This document shows, piece by piece, positions 34,331-44,470 of a DNA stretch of 64,000 bases. Each line of letters opens with the position of its first letter. Position 1 is the first letter of the stretch. The notes under the pieces are model-generated. The model was not told the origin of the DNA. It ran no database searches and saw nothing but the letters and a program-made list of their open reading frames with translations. The stretch is from Pyrinomonadaceae bacterium (lineage in GTDB: Bacteria; Acidobacteriota; Blastocatellia; Pyrinomonadales; Pyrinomonadaceae), in contig DASVRL010000422.1 in NCBI GenBank assembly GCA_036388635.1, positions 1,098-65,097 of the forward strand. The letters are read 5' to 3'. The position numbers and the translations under genes were made by a program.

Positions 34331-34765
34331 ATGAACAATAGCGAGCCGCTCCGTTTCCGTCTGGTCGCCTGCCGCGAAGCGCTCGACGACGGCAAACAGT
34401 GGAGCTTCTATCTGATGAACGACAGCCGCCTTCGAATCGATTCCGCCGTCCTGTATGAAATCGGCTACGAGTGGGGCGACACCGGCAGCAGCGAGGCGGC
34501 TAATATGCTTATCAACGCTCTCGATTCCGGCGCGCACGCGCTTATCTGGCGCGACGACGGCAGCGGCGCCGAACTGCGAATGCAAATGTTTCTGCGCGTC
34601 AGGATTTCCAATCGCGAGATGAAACTGGATTTCGAGTTTCCCAAACTCTACCTCCAGAGGAATCTGAAAATGGTGGACGAACTCGGTAAACCGGGCTGGC
34701 AGGTCAATGCCGAAGGTAAATTTGATACGGGTATGGAAAATGAACCTTTCGGCGGCTCCGGCTGA
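34331..34765 (+). CDS. hypothetical protein
   Basis: A 144-aa ORF with balanced composition. The antisense ORF 34265..34819 is Arg/Ala-rich and less protein-like. I recognise no motif. Confidence 0.45.
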   Translation: MNNSEPLRFRLVACREALDDGKQWSFYLMNDSRLRIDSAVLYEIGYEWGDTGSSEAANMLINALDSGAHALIWRDDGSGAELRMQMFLRVRISNREMKLDFEFPKLYLQRNLKMVDELGKPGWQVNAEGKFDTGMENEPFGGSG

Positions 34766-35226
34766 TTTCGAAATCCGTCGAATATCTAAAATTTCATTCA
34801 ATTCCGCCGATCGCGTCACATAGCCTTTATCGGGATTTCAGCTGTCGAAACGACACAGCCGATACGAGTTACGAAATCAGGTCTGACATTGTTGCTTTGC
34901 TGCCGAACGATTCGCCTTTTTGCGGCGTGAAGTTATGGTTTTTCTGAAAAAAATCAGCCGACAATTTTGAATATTAATCGCATTAAAGTTTGATTTTATC
35001 TAATTCCGAATAGTCTGATTTTCTCATAAATGTTTATTTGGTAATGGCGGATAGCGTCGTCTGCCTTCCTCTTTATTTCCACGCTGGCTGGTAATAATAT
35101 GTCTCGATTTTGATGTAATCAACTGCTCGTGCTGGTGGTATAATACAAACACTAAAACCGGAAAATACAGGACTATTTATTTGTTAAAGAATTTTCCGAC
35201 AGAACTGTTAACAGGAGAAATTCAGT

Positions 35227-38085
35227 GTGAGGACTTCATCAAAATCTCAAAGTTTAGACTCGCCAAAACAAGAAAGCCGGAATGAATCTGAAACTCTGAT
35301 TATTGAGCCGTTGAATGACGTTTTAAGCTTTCCCGCGCAGCTGCTGAATACAATCGAGCAGTCCGTTATTGCGACGGATTTGGACGGGATTGTTATTTAT
35401 TGGAATCGTTTTGCCGAGCATCTCTACGGCTGGTCAGCCGCCGAAGCGACGGGGCGCAATATAATCGAGCTGGTATCGCCGCAGCCGAGTCTTCAGGAGG
35501 CAGAGCAGATTATGGCTCAACTGCGCCGTTCAAAAAGTTGGACGGGCGAGTTTATCGCGCGGCGCAAGGACGGCACTTCGTTCCCGATACAAAGCGTTAA
35601 CTCGCCGATTTATGATGATAACGGAACATTGGTCGGCATCGTCGGAATTTCTCATGACATTACCGAGCGCAAGAAGACGGAAAAAGCTCTCGTCGAAAGC
35701 GAAAACAAATATCGAACATTGCTCGGGCAAGCCTCCGACGGCATTCACACCTACGACTTTCAGGGAAATTTTCTGGAAGTGAACTCAAAGCTCTGCGAAA
35801 TGCTCGGTTACACTTCCGAAGAATTGATGCGGCTTAATGTCAAAGACCTCATTACTCCGGAAGATCTCACTGCCGACCCGATTCGTTTTGACGAGCTGCG
35901 AGCCGGAAACACGCTCCTCAGAGAGCGACGGCTGATTCGCAAGGACGGAACGCTGTTTCCGGCGGAAATCAGCGGAACGATGATAAAGGACGGCGTGCTG
36001 CAAGCCATTATTCGCGACGTCACAGAGCGAAAACGCGCCGATGAGGCGCTGCGCAACAGAGAAAACCAGCTGCGCCTTATCACCGACGCCATCCCGCTGC
36101 TGATTTCTTACGTCGATAGAAAACATCGCTACCGCTTTGTGAATCGAAGTTATACGGAATGGTTTGGAAAGTCGCGGGAAGAAGTCGTCGACAAACACCT
36201 TTCCGAAGTTTTGGGCGAGGCGGCTTATCAATCGCTTTTACCCGAGGTCGAAACGGTTTTATCCGGCACAGAAGTCGTCTTCGAGCGTCTGGTCCCGTAT
36301 AAATCCGGCGAAAGATTTATCCGCGTTAATTACATTCCCGAATTCGCTTCGTTAACCGGCGAGGTCAAAGGCTTTCACGCCTTCGTGCAGGACATCTCGG
36401 AAAGCAAGCGGGCGGAAGAAGCATTGCGCAAAAGCGAGGAATGGCTGCGGAGTATTTTCGAGGCGTCGCGCGACGGAATCGTCGTTGAAGACGATGGAAA
36501 AATCATTTACGTTAACGAATCTTACGTCCGCCTGTTCGGCTATGATGCGCCCGAAGAATTAATCAATCAACCCGTCGCGCTCGTCATTTCACCCGAGGAT
36601 ACCGAGCGCGTCCTGGACTTCGGCAAGCGCCGCCTACGCGGAGAGTTGCCGCCGTCGGAATACGAGTTCAAAGGCAAACGAAAGGACGAAACCCTGATAG
36701 AGGTTGAAGCTTCCGTCTCGATTACCGTTATCGCCGAGCAGACATACATCACGACTATGATTCGTGACATCAGCGAGCGCAAACGGGCGGAGAGGTTGCT
36801 GGAGGCGCAAAAACAATCGCTCGAACTGGTGGTTAAAGGAGTCCCGCTGGTTGAGGTGTTGACCTATCTGGCGCAAGTCGTCGAGCAGCAGGCGGAAGGC
36901 GGCGCAATTGCCTCTATATTGATGCTCGACGAACACGGGCGCTTGCGCAACGGCGCTTCGCCGAGCCTGCCGCAGCATTATCTGCAAAAGATTGAAGGAC
37001 TTAAGGCGGAGCCTCACGTCGGCACTTGCAGCGCCGCTGCGGCTTTAGGAAAAATCGTCGTGACGCCCGACATCGGCGCCGACCAAAAATGGAACGGATT
37101 GGCGCATCTGCCGCTCGAACTCGGCTTACAAGCCGCCTGGACGATGCCCATCAGCGCGCGCGACGGGCGCGTTCTCGGGACGTTCGGAACATACTTCCGG
37201 GAGCGGCGCGAGCCGACCGGGCTGGAACGTCAAGTGGTCGAGATTCTCGCGCGGACGGCGGCGCTTGCCATCGAGCGCAAGCAGGACGAAGACGAGCTGC
37301 GCCGCTCGCACAAAGAACTGGAAGTTCGCGTGCGCGAGAGAACCGAGGATTTACAAAAAGCCAACGAAGCCTTGCAAACGGAAATTCAGGAACGACGGCA
37401 GGCAGAGGAAGCCCGGATAGAAGTTTTGCAACAGCTCGTCAACGCGCAGGAGGAAGAACGCCGCCGCATCGCGCGCGATTTGCACGACCAGCTCGGACAG
37501 CAATTAACCGTGCTCCGGCTTAATCTGGAGCTGCTTAAAAGAATGTGCCGTGACGCGGAGATGTTTGAAAAAATCGGTGAAGTCCAAAAGGTCGCCCGCC
37601 AGCTCGACGCCGACGTGGATTTCCTGGCGTGGGAGATGCGCCCGTCGGCGCTCGACGATTTAGGGATTGCGGCGGCGCTGGACAATTACGTCAGGCAATG
37701 GTCGAAGCATTTCGGAACCCCGGCGGAATTTAACGCCGACCGTTTCGGCAAAATTACGCTGGCGCACGAAACTGAAACGAATCTTTATCGAATCACGCAG
37801 GAAGCGCTTAACAACGTCTCCAAACACGCGAAAGCGCGCGGCGTCAACGTCCTGCTCGAACCTCGCGGCAATTCTCTGATGTTAATTATAGAAGATGACG
37901 GAGTCGGTTTCGAGCCGAATAAGCATACTCTTAAGGAAAAGGGCGTTAGTATGGGGCTGATTGGAATGCAGGAACGCGCGGCGCTCGTCGGAGGAACGCT
38001 GGAAATCGAATCCGCCGAAGGCAAGGGCACAACTATCTATGCCAAGGTTCCGATTTTAGCCTTCGGGAATGGAGAAAAGGAATGA
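35227..38085 (+). CDS. multi-PAS / GAF sensor histidine kinase (HisKA_3 type)
   Basis: GTG start with AGGAG 9 nt upstream. Four PAS-like modules each end in ...DITERKR/DISERKR. A GAF-like module follows. The kinase boxes are H (LHDQLGQQLTVL), N (EALNNVSKHA) and G (EDDGVGF...GMGLIGMQERA). Confidence 0.9.
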   Translation: MRTSSKSQSLDSPKQESRNESETLIIEPLNDVLSFPAQLLNTIEQSVIATDLDGIVIYWNRFAEHLYGWSAAEATGRNIIELVSPQPSLQEAEQIMAQLRRSKSWTGEFIARRKDGTSFPIQSVNSPIYDDNGTLVGIVGISHDITERKKTEKALVESENKYRTLLGQASDGIHTYDFQGNFLEVNSKLCEMLGYTSEELMRLNVKDLITPEDLTADPIRFDELRAGNTLLRERRLIRKDGTLFPAEISGTMIKDGVLQAIIRDVTERKRADEALRNRENQLRLITDAIPLLISYVDRKHRYRFVNRSYTEWFGKSREEVVDKHLSEVLGEAAYQSLLPEVETVLSGTEVVFERLVPYKSGERFIRVNYIPEFASLTGEVKGFHAFVQDISESKRAEEALRKSEEWLRSIFEASRDGIVVEDDGKIIYVNESYVRLFGYDAPEELINQPVALVISPEDTERVLDFGKRRLRGELPPSEYEFKGKRKDETLIEVEASVSITVIAEQTYITTMIRDISERKRAERLLEAQKQSLELVVKGVPLVEVLTYLAQVVEQQAEGGAIASILMLDEHGRLRNGASPSLPQHYLQKIEGLKAEPHVGTCSAAAALGKIVVTPDIGADQKWNGLAHLPLELGLQAAWTMPISARDGRVLGTFGTYFRERREPTGLERQVVEILARTAALAIERKQDEDELRRSHKELEVRVRERTEDLQKANEALQTEIQERRQAEEARIEVLQQLVNAQEEERRRIARDLHDQLGQQLTVLRLNLELLKRMCRDAEMFEKIGEVQKVARQLDADVDFLAWEMRPSALDDLGIAAALDNYVRQWSKHFGTPAEFNADRFGKITLAHETETNLYRITQEALNNVSKHAKARGVNVLLEPRGNSLMLIIEDDGVGFEPNKHTLKEKGVSMGLIGMQERAALVGGTLEIESAEGKGTTIYAKVPILAFGNGEKE

Positions 38086-38738
38086 GTGAAATCCGCGTCC
38101 TGATCGCCGAGGACCATAAGACGGTGCGTCAGGGACTAAAAATGATAATCGAAGCCGAAGCCGATATGACGGTCGTCGGCGAGGCGGGTGACGGAAACGA
38201 AGCCGTGCGCCTGGCGAGCGAGCTTGTGCCCGACGTCGTGGTGATGGACATTTCAATGCCGAAATCGAACGGCATTAAAGCGACGGCTGGCGTTAAAAAA
38301 GTCGCCCCCGAAATTAAGATACTGACGCTGACGCGCCACACCGATAAAGCGTATTTGCGGGAATTAATTGAGGCGGGCGTCGACGGTTACGTTCTCAAAC
38401 AGAGCGAGTCGGACGAGCTGCTGCGCGCCATCCGCACCGTCGCGGGCGGCGGCAATTATCTCGACCCGGCGGTTTCGGATAAAGTTTTCGACATCGTCAC
38501 GGCAAAGCAGTCCAAACAGCGCGGCGAGATTCGAGAGGCGATTTTAAGCGACCGCGAGGCGGAAGTTCTGCGTTTAATCGCGCGCGGCTACAGCAACAAG
38601 GAAATCGCCGCCCGGCTCGAAACCAGCGTTAAAACCATCGAATCGCAAAAAGCCTCCGCCCTGCAAAAACTCAATATCAGCGGGCGCAATGAAATCGTCA
38701 GCTACGCCATTCTCCAGGGCTGGCTCCGGGATAATTAG
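38082..38738 (+). CDS. NarL/LuxR-family response regulator (canonical receiver)
   Basis: It overlaps the kinase gene by 4 nt. The receiver motifs are canonical: IAEDH, VVVMDISMP, LTLT and YVLKQ. The LuxR HTH is LSDREAEVLRLIARGYSNKEIAARLETSVKTIESQ. Confidence 0.92.
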   Translation: MSEIRVLIAEDHKTVRQGLKMIIEAEADMTVVGEAGDGNEAVRLASELVPDVVVMDISMPKSNGIKATAGVKKVAPEIKILTLTRHTDKAYLRELIEAGVDGYVLKQSESDELLRAIRTVAGGGNYLDPAVSDKVFDIVTAKQSKQRGEIREAILSDREAEVLRLIARGYSNKEIAARLETSVKTIESQKASALQKLNISGRNEIVSYAILQGWLRDN

Positions 38739-38801
38739 CGGCTTTGATAAACGACTTTTGTCCGCCGCTTCAAAATAATCTTCAATTTTATTTTTTCGAT
38801 T

Positions 38802-38850
38802 GAAAAGGGTTTTCCCGCAAAAATGTTAGGGAAAATCCTTTTCTATGTTT
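38802..38850 (+). terminator. putative terminator hairpin after the two-component operon
   Basis: The 15-bp stem is GAAAAGGGTTTTCCC (38802-38816) pairing with GGGAAAATCCTTTTC (38829-38843), with one mismatch. A T-rich tail follows. Confidence 0.45.
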
Positions 38851-39324
38851 CTCATCTTCCTGATATATATATTTTTCCCCAAATGAGATAAATAAATCAC
38901 ACGTTTACTGAGGAGCTAAAGCAAGAGTTTTTACTTGGGTAAAAGCCTTGAGAAATCGCGGGCAGGCGCCGGGCAAAGGCAGGCTCAAACTTGAGGAGAG
39001 CCTTTGCCGGTTAGGCTCTTTATCTTTTACCGCTATCTTATTTTGTCACGGTAAAGGTCAGTTTTAAAAGGTGAATTCATCTTTTTCGGCGTCGTGTGCG
39101 GTTTTGCTCTCCGCTCGGAAAGAGAGCGAATTTTCGGATGTTTGGCGGATATGAAAATAATTTTATTTTCTCTTTATTATTTCAGGCTGCGTTTGGGCGC
39201 GATGCTGGGTTTGCGCCGGACTTTCAACCCGCTGGATTTAAGTTGGCGCTGGAAGGACTGGCAGCACAGGCGCGCAAGACGGCGCAGAGAGCAGCGTTTT
39301 TAGTAGAGAAACGAATCGGGATTT

Positions 39325-39630
39325 ATGAACAAGCAGGTTAACAGTCGGCAAACGAATCAAAGCTCGGAGTCTTTTACAATTCTCCAGAGAATCGGTCAAG
39401 CCGAAAAAAGCGCCGTCAAAGACTGCGTCCACACTTACGGAAATTTGGTTTGGGCACTGGCAAAAAAGTTCGCGCCGTCTTCGGAAGAAGCCGAGAAAGC
39501 GGCGGCGGACATTTTTAATGACATCTGGGCGCGGGCGGCGTTTTACGATTTGGCGAAATGCAGTGAAGAAAACTACATCCTGCAAATTGTGCTCCGCCGC
39601 TTGATTAGACCGTCAATCGACAGAAAATAA
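39325..39630 (+). CDS. sigma-70 region-2-only protein (truncated ECF-like sigma)
   Basis: The 101 aa read ILQRIGQAEKSAVKDCVHTYGNLVWALAKKFAPSSEEAEKAAADIFNDIW, an ECF region 2.1-2.2 pattern. No region 4 HTH follows in any frame downstream. Confidence 0.55.
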   Translation: MNKQVNSRQTNQSSESFTILQRIGQAEKSAVKDCVHTYGNLVWALAKKFAPSSEEAEKAAADIFNDIWARAAFYDLAKCSEENYILQIVLRRLIRPSIDRK

Positions 39631-40055
39631 ATGTTTTCTGCCGGTTGACGGTCGACGCGTTTTGGAAGCTCTGAAAGCCGGCGGCAAAACGCCGGGCTTG
39701 GCAGCTTTAATATGATTTCAACCGAATTTCCTTTTGATAATTAAATTTTGTAAAAATGTGAATCCGAATTTCGTCAGCCAGCGAATTGTTTGTCAAAGGG
39801 ATATTAGACGTAAAAGCTTGCGACTTAAATTAAGAAAATTATCTTTTCCTTCTTCCTTCGTTTTTCGTCGGGTTTGGAATGCCTGAACAATTTCATTTAG
39901 TTCAGGTCGTAAGCGTAATTTGCCGCTCGAGAGGCGGGCGGCGAGGTCAAAGTTTAAAGGTATCGAAGTGTTACCTTACTCAGCCGGGATTTAAGCTTTG
40001 GCAGTGTCGAGCTGAGCAAACACTAAGAATATTAGAACATTGGGAGGATTAGTAA

Positions 40056-41711
40056 ATGCGAAAAACAACGCGAACTCTTTTTACGATGGCAATCGCCGTC
40101 GTGACGGCTTCGTCACTACTATTAAGCGAATTCCGCGGAACACAGGTGGCACAGGCATCCAGTCACCGCGAAGCGCCGTTAATCAGTCTTGACGCGTCGG
40201 CAGATAACACGGACGTTTATGCGTTCGTCAGCCCCGACCGGGCAAACTCGGTGACCTTGATAGCCAATTTCATACCGCTTGAAGAGCCTTCAAACGGTCC
40301 CAACTTTTACAAATTTGACGACAACGTGCTTTATCAAATCAGATTTGATAATAACGGCGATGCGAGGCTCGACCTGGCTATCCAGTTTCGCTTTCGCACG
40401 GTCGTCGGCAATGGCGACACTTTTCTGTATAACACGAACACGATCGACAACCTTTCCGACCCGGATTGGAACGTCAAACAATTTATGGATGTGACGGCTC
40501 TGATTCGTCAGGGCGACCCGAACACGCCGACTTTTACCACCTTCAATCTGGGAACGAATCTGCCGACGCCGCCCGTCAATATCGGACCGCGCTCGACGCC
40601 GAATTATGAAACCAATCTGGCGGAAGCTTCGATAAGCACGATTCCGACCGGCGCGGGCGACATCAAGGTTTTTGCCGGTCAGCGCGACGAAGGTTTTTAT
40701 ATCGACACCGGCTCGGGCTTTGACCTGCTCGGCTTGCGCCCGTTCAATCCGGCGCATTTAGCTCCGCTGCCGGCTTCGAACGGCGTGGATTTTTTAGCCG
40801 GCTATAACGTTCACTCGATTGCCATTCAGGTTCCGACGCAATTACTAACGGCGACCGGACAGCTTCCGACGGGAGCGAGCGACCCGAATGCCATCATCGG
40901 CGTTTACTCGACGGCAAGCCGTCCGGGAACGCGCGTTCTGAACACGAACGGAACGGCAACAACTACCGGCGACTGCTCGTCGGGTCTGACGCCGAATGCC
41001 GGCTGCGTGCAGGTCTCGCGTCTCGCCAACCCGCTGGTCAGCGAATTATTTATCCCGCGCGGCACTTCGGAAACCGTTTCCGAAAACGACAAGGATTTAT
41101 ACAACGCTCAACTGCCCGCAACCGACATTAATCGCGACGTTTACATTCGCGGTTCGGCACAGCGTCCGGTCGAGCCTGTAAATTTGATTAATTTGCTGTA
41201 TCCGCCCGTGCTGGATGCGCCGACTTCGGGTCGTAACGACCTGGTCAGAGTCTTCTTAACCGGCGTGCCGGGAGTTACGCGTCCGCCGGTGGTTGCCGAC
41301 CCGAACGACCCCGGTGCCGGACTCGGCGCCGTTCCGTCCGATTTAATGCGTCTTAACGTCGCCGTTCCGGCGACACCGTTCGGCTCGCAGAATCGTCTGG
41401 GCGTTATCGCCGGAGATTTGGCGGGTTATCCGAATGGGCGACGTCCGGGCGACGACGTGACCGATATCAGCTTCCGCGTTGCTGCCGGCGTCTTGCTGCC
41501 GGGCAATGCCTGTGCCGGCGGCACGGCGAACTGTAATCAAGCGCCAAACAACCAGTTGGGCGACGGCGTGAATGAAAACGACCGACCGTTCCGTATGTCG
41601 TTCCCGTATCTGGCATCGCCCTGGAGCGGCTACGAAAATCCGTATCACGGACGCACCGGCTCGGCTGACACCACGACGCCGGGAACGACTTTTGCGACAC
41701 CGCGCCCGTAA
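40056..41711 (+). CDS. secreted DUF4331 domain protein
   Basis: It has a signal peptide, then ASSHREAPLISLDASADNTDVYAFVSPD, the hallmark N-terminus of DUF4331. SD GGGAGGA lies upstream. Confidence 0.8.
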   Translation: MRKTTRTLFTMAIAVVTASSLLLSEFRGTQVAQASSHREAPLISLDASADNTDVYAFVSPDRANSVTLIANFIPLEEPSNGPNFYKFDDNVLYQIRFDNNGDARLDLAIQFRFRTVVGNGDTFLYNTNTIDNLSDPDWNVKQFMDVTALIRQGDPNTPTFTTFNLGTNLPTPPVNIGPRSTPNYETNLAEASISTIPTGAGDIKVFAGQRDEGFYIDTGSGFDLLGLRPFNPAHLAPLPASNGVDFLAGYNVHSIAIQVPTQLLTATGQLPTGASDPNAIIGVYSTASRPGTRVLNTNGTATTTGDCSSGLTPNAGCVQVSRLANPLVSELFIPRGTSETVSENDKDLYNAQLPATDINRDVYIRGSAQRPVEPVNLINLLYPPVLDAPTSGRNDLVRVFLTGVPGVTRPPVVADPNDPGAGLGAVPSDLMRLNVAVPATPFGSQNRLGVIAGDLAGYPNGRRPGDDVTDISFRVAAGVLLPGNACAGGTANCNQAPNNQLGDGVNENDRPFRMSFPYLASPWSGYENPYHGRTGSADTTTPGTTFATPRP

Positions 41712-41723
41712 ACGCAAAACTGT

Positions 41724-41757
41724 AAAGAAGGCTGATGCGGTTTTTTTAGCCTTCTTT
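41724..41757 (+). terminator. possible terminator hairpin
   Basis: The stem is AAAGAAGGCT (41724-41733) pairing with AGCCTTCTTT (41748-41757). The T7 run is in the loop rather than after the stem. Confidence 0.35.
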
Positions 41758-41794
41758 AGCTTCAAAAAGAAGTAAGAAATAAAATTCGTGGGCG

Positions 41795-43171
41795 TTGTTT
41801 GCAGTTGAAATGCCGCTCACGAATTTATATTCATTGTTTCCAAACGATATGCGTAAAAATTTCCTGACAATCTTTGGCGGCGTCTTTATCGGAGCAGTTG
41901 TCGCTTTTATAATTATAGCTGTTTCCAAGACCGCCGCATCGCGCCCCGAAGCCGGGCTTTTACAGCCCGTCAAAACCGAGCGGGCGACCGTGACTGACCG
42001 GAGTATCAAATCGGCTCAAGCCGTGATTGAAAAAATTCCCGATAACCCGCAAGGCTACAATATGCTCGCCGCCGCGTTTATGCAGAAAGCGCGCGAGACC
42101 GGAGATTTTAGTTTAAACGCGCGCGCCGAAGAATCAATCAAACATTCTTTTCGCGTCGCGCCCGACAATTACGAAGGAACGAAGCTGCAAGCGGCGCTGC
42201 TGCTTAATTACCATCGCTTTGCGGAGGCGCTCGAAGCCGCCGAGCGCGCCCGGAAAATTAATCAGCGAGACCCCGAAGCGTACGGCGCGATGGTCGATGC
42301 GCTGGTCGAGCTGGGCGATTACAAAAGCGCCGTCGACGCCGCGCAGAAGATGGTCGACTTAAAACCGAATACGGCTTCTTATTCGCGAATCTCTTACCTG
42401 CGCTCGCTTCACGGCGATACGAAAGGCGCAATCGAGGCGATGAAAATGGCTGTCGAATCCGCCAGCCCGCAAAATCCCGAAACGGTCGCGTGGAGCCGCG
42501 TTCATCTGGGCGATGAATTGATGAACGACGGTCAACTGAAGGAAGCGGAGCGCGAATACGACCACGCTTTATATTTGTTTCCCGAATATCATCCGGCGCT
42601 TGCCGCCAAAGCTCGCGCGCGGTACGCGGCGGGCGATTTCGACAACGCAATAATATTTTATAAACGCGCCGCCGAGCGCGTGCCGCTGCCCGAATACATC
42701 GCGCCGCTCGGCGATTTATACGCCAAACTCGGTCGCGCCGACGAAGCGAAACAACAATACGAGCAGGTCGAGTTTATCGAAAAAATGGGCGCCGGCGCTG
42801 AAACTTACTCGCGTCAACTAGCTTTATTCTGGGCGGACCACGACCTGCGTCTGGACGAAGCCTTAGCCGCCGCCGAGCGCGAGCGCGCCGCGCGCAGCGA
42901 CATTTATACTTACGACGTTCTCGCCTGGTGTCTCTACAAAAAAGGACGCTTTGAAGAGGCGAAGACCGCCGTCAATGAAGCCCTGCGATTGAATACGCGC
43001 GACGCCCGCCTGCTTTATCACGCGGGAATGATTTCGCTGGCAAACGGCGATAACCAAAAAGGCGCGGACTATTTGAAACGGGCTTTGGCGATTAATCCGT
43101 TTTTCGACATTCTTCAGGCGGAAGCGGCAAAGGAAAAATTGAACTCGCTCAAAGGCGCGCAGGCGTTTTGA
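41795..43171 (+). CDS. membrane-anchored tetratricopeptide-repeat protein
   Basis: It has an N-terminal TM helix (FLTIFGGVFIGAVVAFIIIAV) followed by about 10 TPR-like units. The start is uncertain between TTG 41795, ATG 41810 and ATG 41849. Confidence 0.8.
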   Translation: MFAVEMPLTNLYSLFPNDMRKNFLTIFGGVFIGAVVAFIIIAVSKTAASRPEAGLLQPVKTERATVTDRSIKSAQAVIEKIPDNPQGYNMLAAAFMQKARETGDFSLNARAEESIKHSFRVAPDNYEGTKLQAALLLNYHRFAEALEAAERARKINQRDPEAYGAMVDALVELGDYKSAVDAAQKMVDLKPNTASYSRISYLRSLHGDTKGAIEAMKMAVESASPQNPETVAWSRVHLGDELMNDGQLKEAEREYDHALYLFPEYHPALAAKARARYAAGDFDNAIIFYKRAAERVPLPEYIAPLGDLYAKLGRADEAKQQYEQVEFIEKMGAGAETYSRQLALFWADHDLRLDEALAAAERERAARSDIYTYDVLAWCLYKKGRFEEAKTAVNEALRLNTRDARLLYHAGMISLANGDNQKGADYLKRALAINPFFDILQAEAAKEKLNSLKGAQAF

Positions 43172-43243
43172 AGGCGTTCCCGAACAAAATTTTAACGGCG
43201 GTCGATTCATACGGATTTCCGCCGCTCCAAGAAAATTTATTTT

Positions 43244-43744
43244 TTGAGAATGAACACGATGGTTAGAAAAAAAATCACGCTAGCGCCGGTCATCATTTTA
43301 ATTTTAACGGCAATTGTTTTGTCAGGCTGTGCCAAACAGGCGGAGTCGCAAGCGACTAAAACCGACAGCATAAATAAAGCGCCGACGGCGGCAAATAACA
43401 ACATTTCCGCTAATCCGCCGAATGCTCCGGCAGCGCCGGTCAATAATGTTTCTACCGCGACGACTGCCGCCGTCAGGGATAATAGAAAGCCTTCGCCTGC
43501 CGTCAAAGAACCGACGCCGCAGATTGGCAGCGGCGGCGATGATATGTCTTTGTTTACGCAGGCGCGCGGCGCTTTAAGCCCGGATAAAGAATTGTTTAAT
43601 GCCGTCATTATTGAAATCAAGGAAGGCAACGTGACCTTAAACGGCAAGGTTTCGAGCGAAGCCCAGAAGGCGAAAGCCGTGCAGCTCGTCCAGGGCGTTA
43701 AAGGAATCAAAAGCGTCAAAAATAATTTACGCGTTTCCTCGTGA
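43244..43744 (+). CDS. BON-domain lipoprotein
   Basis: It has a lipobox (VLSGC) and a low-complexity Ala/Asn/Pro linker. The C-terminal BON pattern is NVTLNGKVSSEAQKAKAVQLVQGVKGIKSVKNNLRV. Confidence 0.75.
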   Translation: MRMNTMVRKKITLAPVIILILTAIVLSGCAKQAESQATKTDSINKAPTAANNNISANPPNAPAAPVNNVSTATTAAVRDNRKPSPAVKEPTPQIGSGGDDMSLFTQARGALSPDKELFNAVIIEIKEGNVTLNGKVSSEAQKAKAVQLVQGVKGIKSVKNNLRVSS

Positions 43745-43809
43745 GTAAAAAAAAGGCTCGCGTAATTATAAAAGTCGAGCCGAAACAAGCAAGGAGGGAA
43801 AACAGACCG

Positions 43810-44412
43810 ATGCGAAAAATGATTTTAGTTATAATGCCCGCGCTTTTGTTAATCACATTAGCGAGCGCCGGCGCCAGCGCCCAAGGCACGGAAAAAAAGG
43901 AAACCGAGAAAACCACGACGATTGATGCCTGGCGTCAGGCGCTGCCGGACGGCAACCAATCCGCCAACACGCCGCCGACCGTCGCGATGGACGACGCGAA
44001 AGATAATGTGGAAAGCGAAGAAACTCCGGCGCAGATTGAAAAAAGAATTCTCGACCTCGAAAGAAGATTGATGGAAGCCTTGAAACTGCGAGATTCGGCG
44101 ACGCTCAAACGTTTTCTCGCCGATGATTTCGTCCTCGCCGGAATGAATTTGACGGGAAGCGCGGCGCAGACGGATAAGACTCGCTACATCGAATGGGCGC
44201 TCAAAAATTTAGAGCTTAAGTCCTACAATCTGGAAAAAACTACGGTGCGCGTGCATTCGTCGACGGCAATCGTGACGTTTAACTATAAACGACAGGCAAG
44301 CATCGCCGGCGCGCCGGCGGACGGAGATTTTATCGTGACGGATGTCTGGGTCAAGCGCGGCAAGCGCTGGCAGGCAGCGTCGCATCACATCAGCCCGTTG
44401 CCGAAACCGTAA
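43810..44412 (+). CDS. secreted SnoaL-like / DUF4440 (NTF2-fold) protein
   Basis: The ATG at 43810 has AAGGAGGGA upstream. It has a signal peptide. The C-terminal ~120 aa have a DUF4440-like pattern (LADDFVLAG...VWVKRGKRWQAASHHISPL). Confidence 0.65.
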   Translation: MRKMILVIMPALLLITLASAGASAQGTEKKETEKTTTIDAWRQALPDGNQSANTPPTVAMDDAKDNVESEETPAQIEKRILDLERRLMEALKLRDSATLKRFLADDFVLAGMNLTGSAAQTDKTRYIEWALKNLELKSYNLEKTTVRVHSSTAIVTFNYKRQASIAGAPADGDFIVTDVWVKRGKRWQAASHHISPLPKP

Positions 44413-44470
44413 CGAAACCGTTCGCGCCCGGTTGACCGCCCGGACTTTCCGGCAAATAAATTCTGTTTTT

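Noticed and set aside
39094-39585. Small overlapping ORFs at 39094..39303, 39096..39341 and 39238..39585(-)
   Set aside because: They overlap each other, are low-complexity, and have no RBS or motifs. The minus-strand one is antisense to the sigma-region-2 ORF.
44342-44470. An upstream extension of the RcnA-like ORF, and a similar one for 43741..43809, overlapping the preceding genes
   Set aside because: The extensions are Arg/Ser-rich and overlap the previous coding regions. The internal ATGs give proper signal peptides, and one has a strong AAGGAGG.
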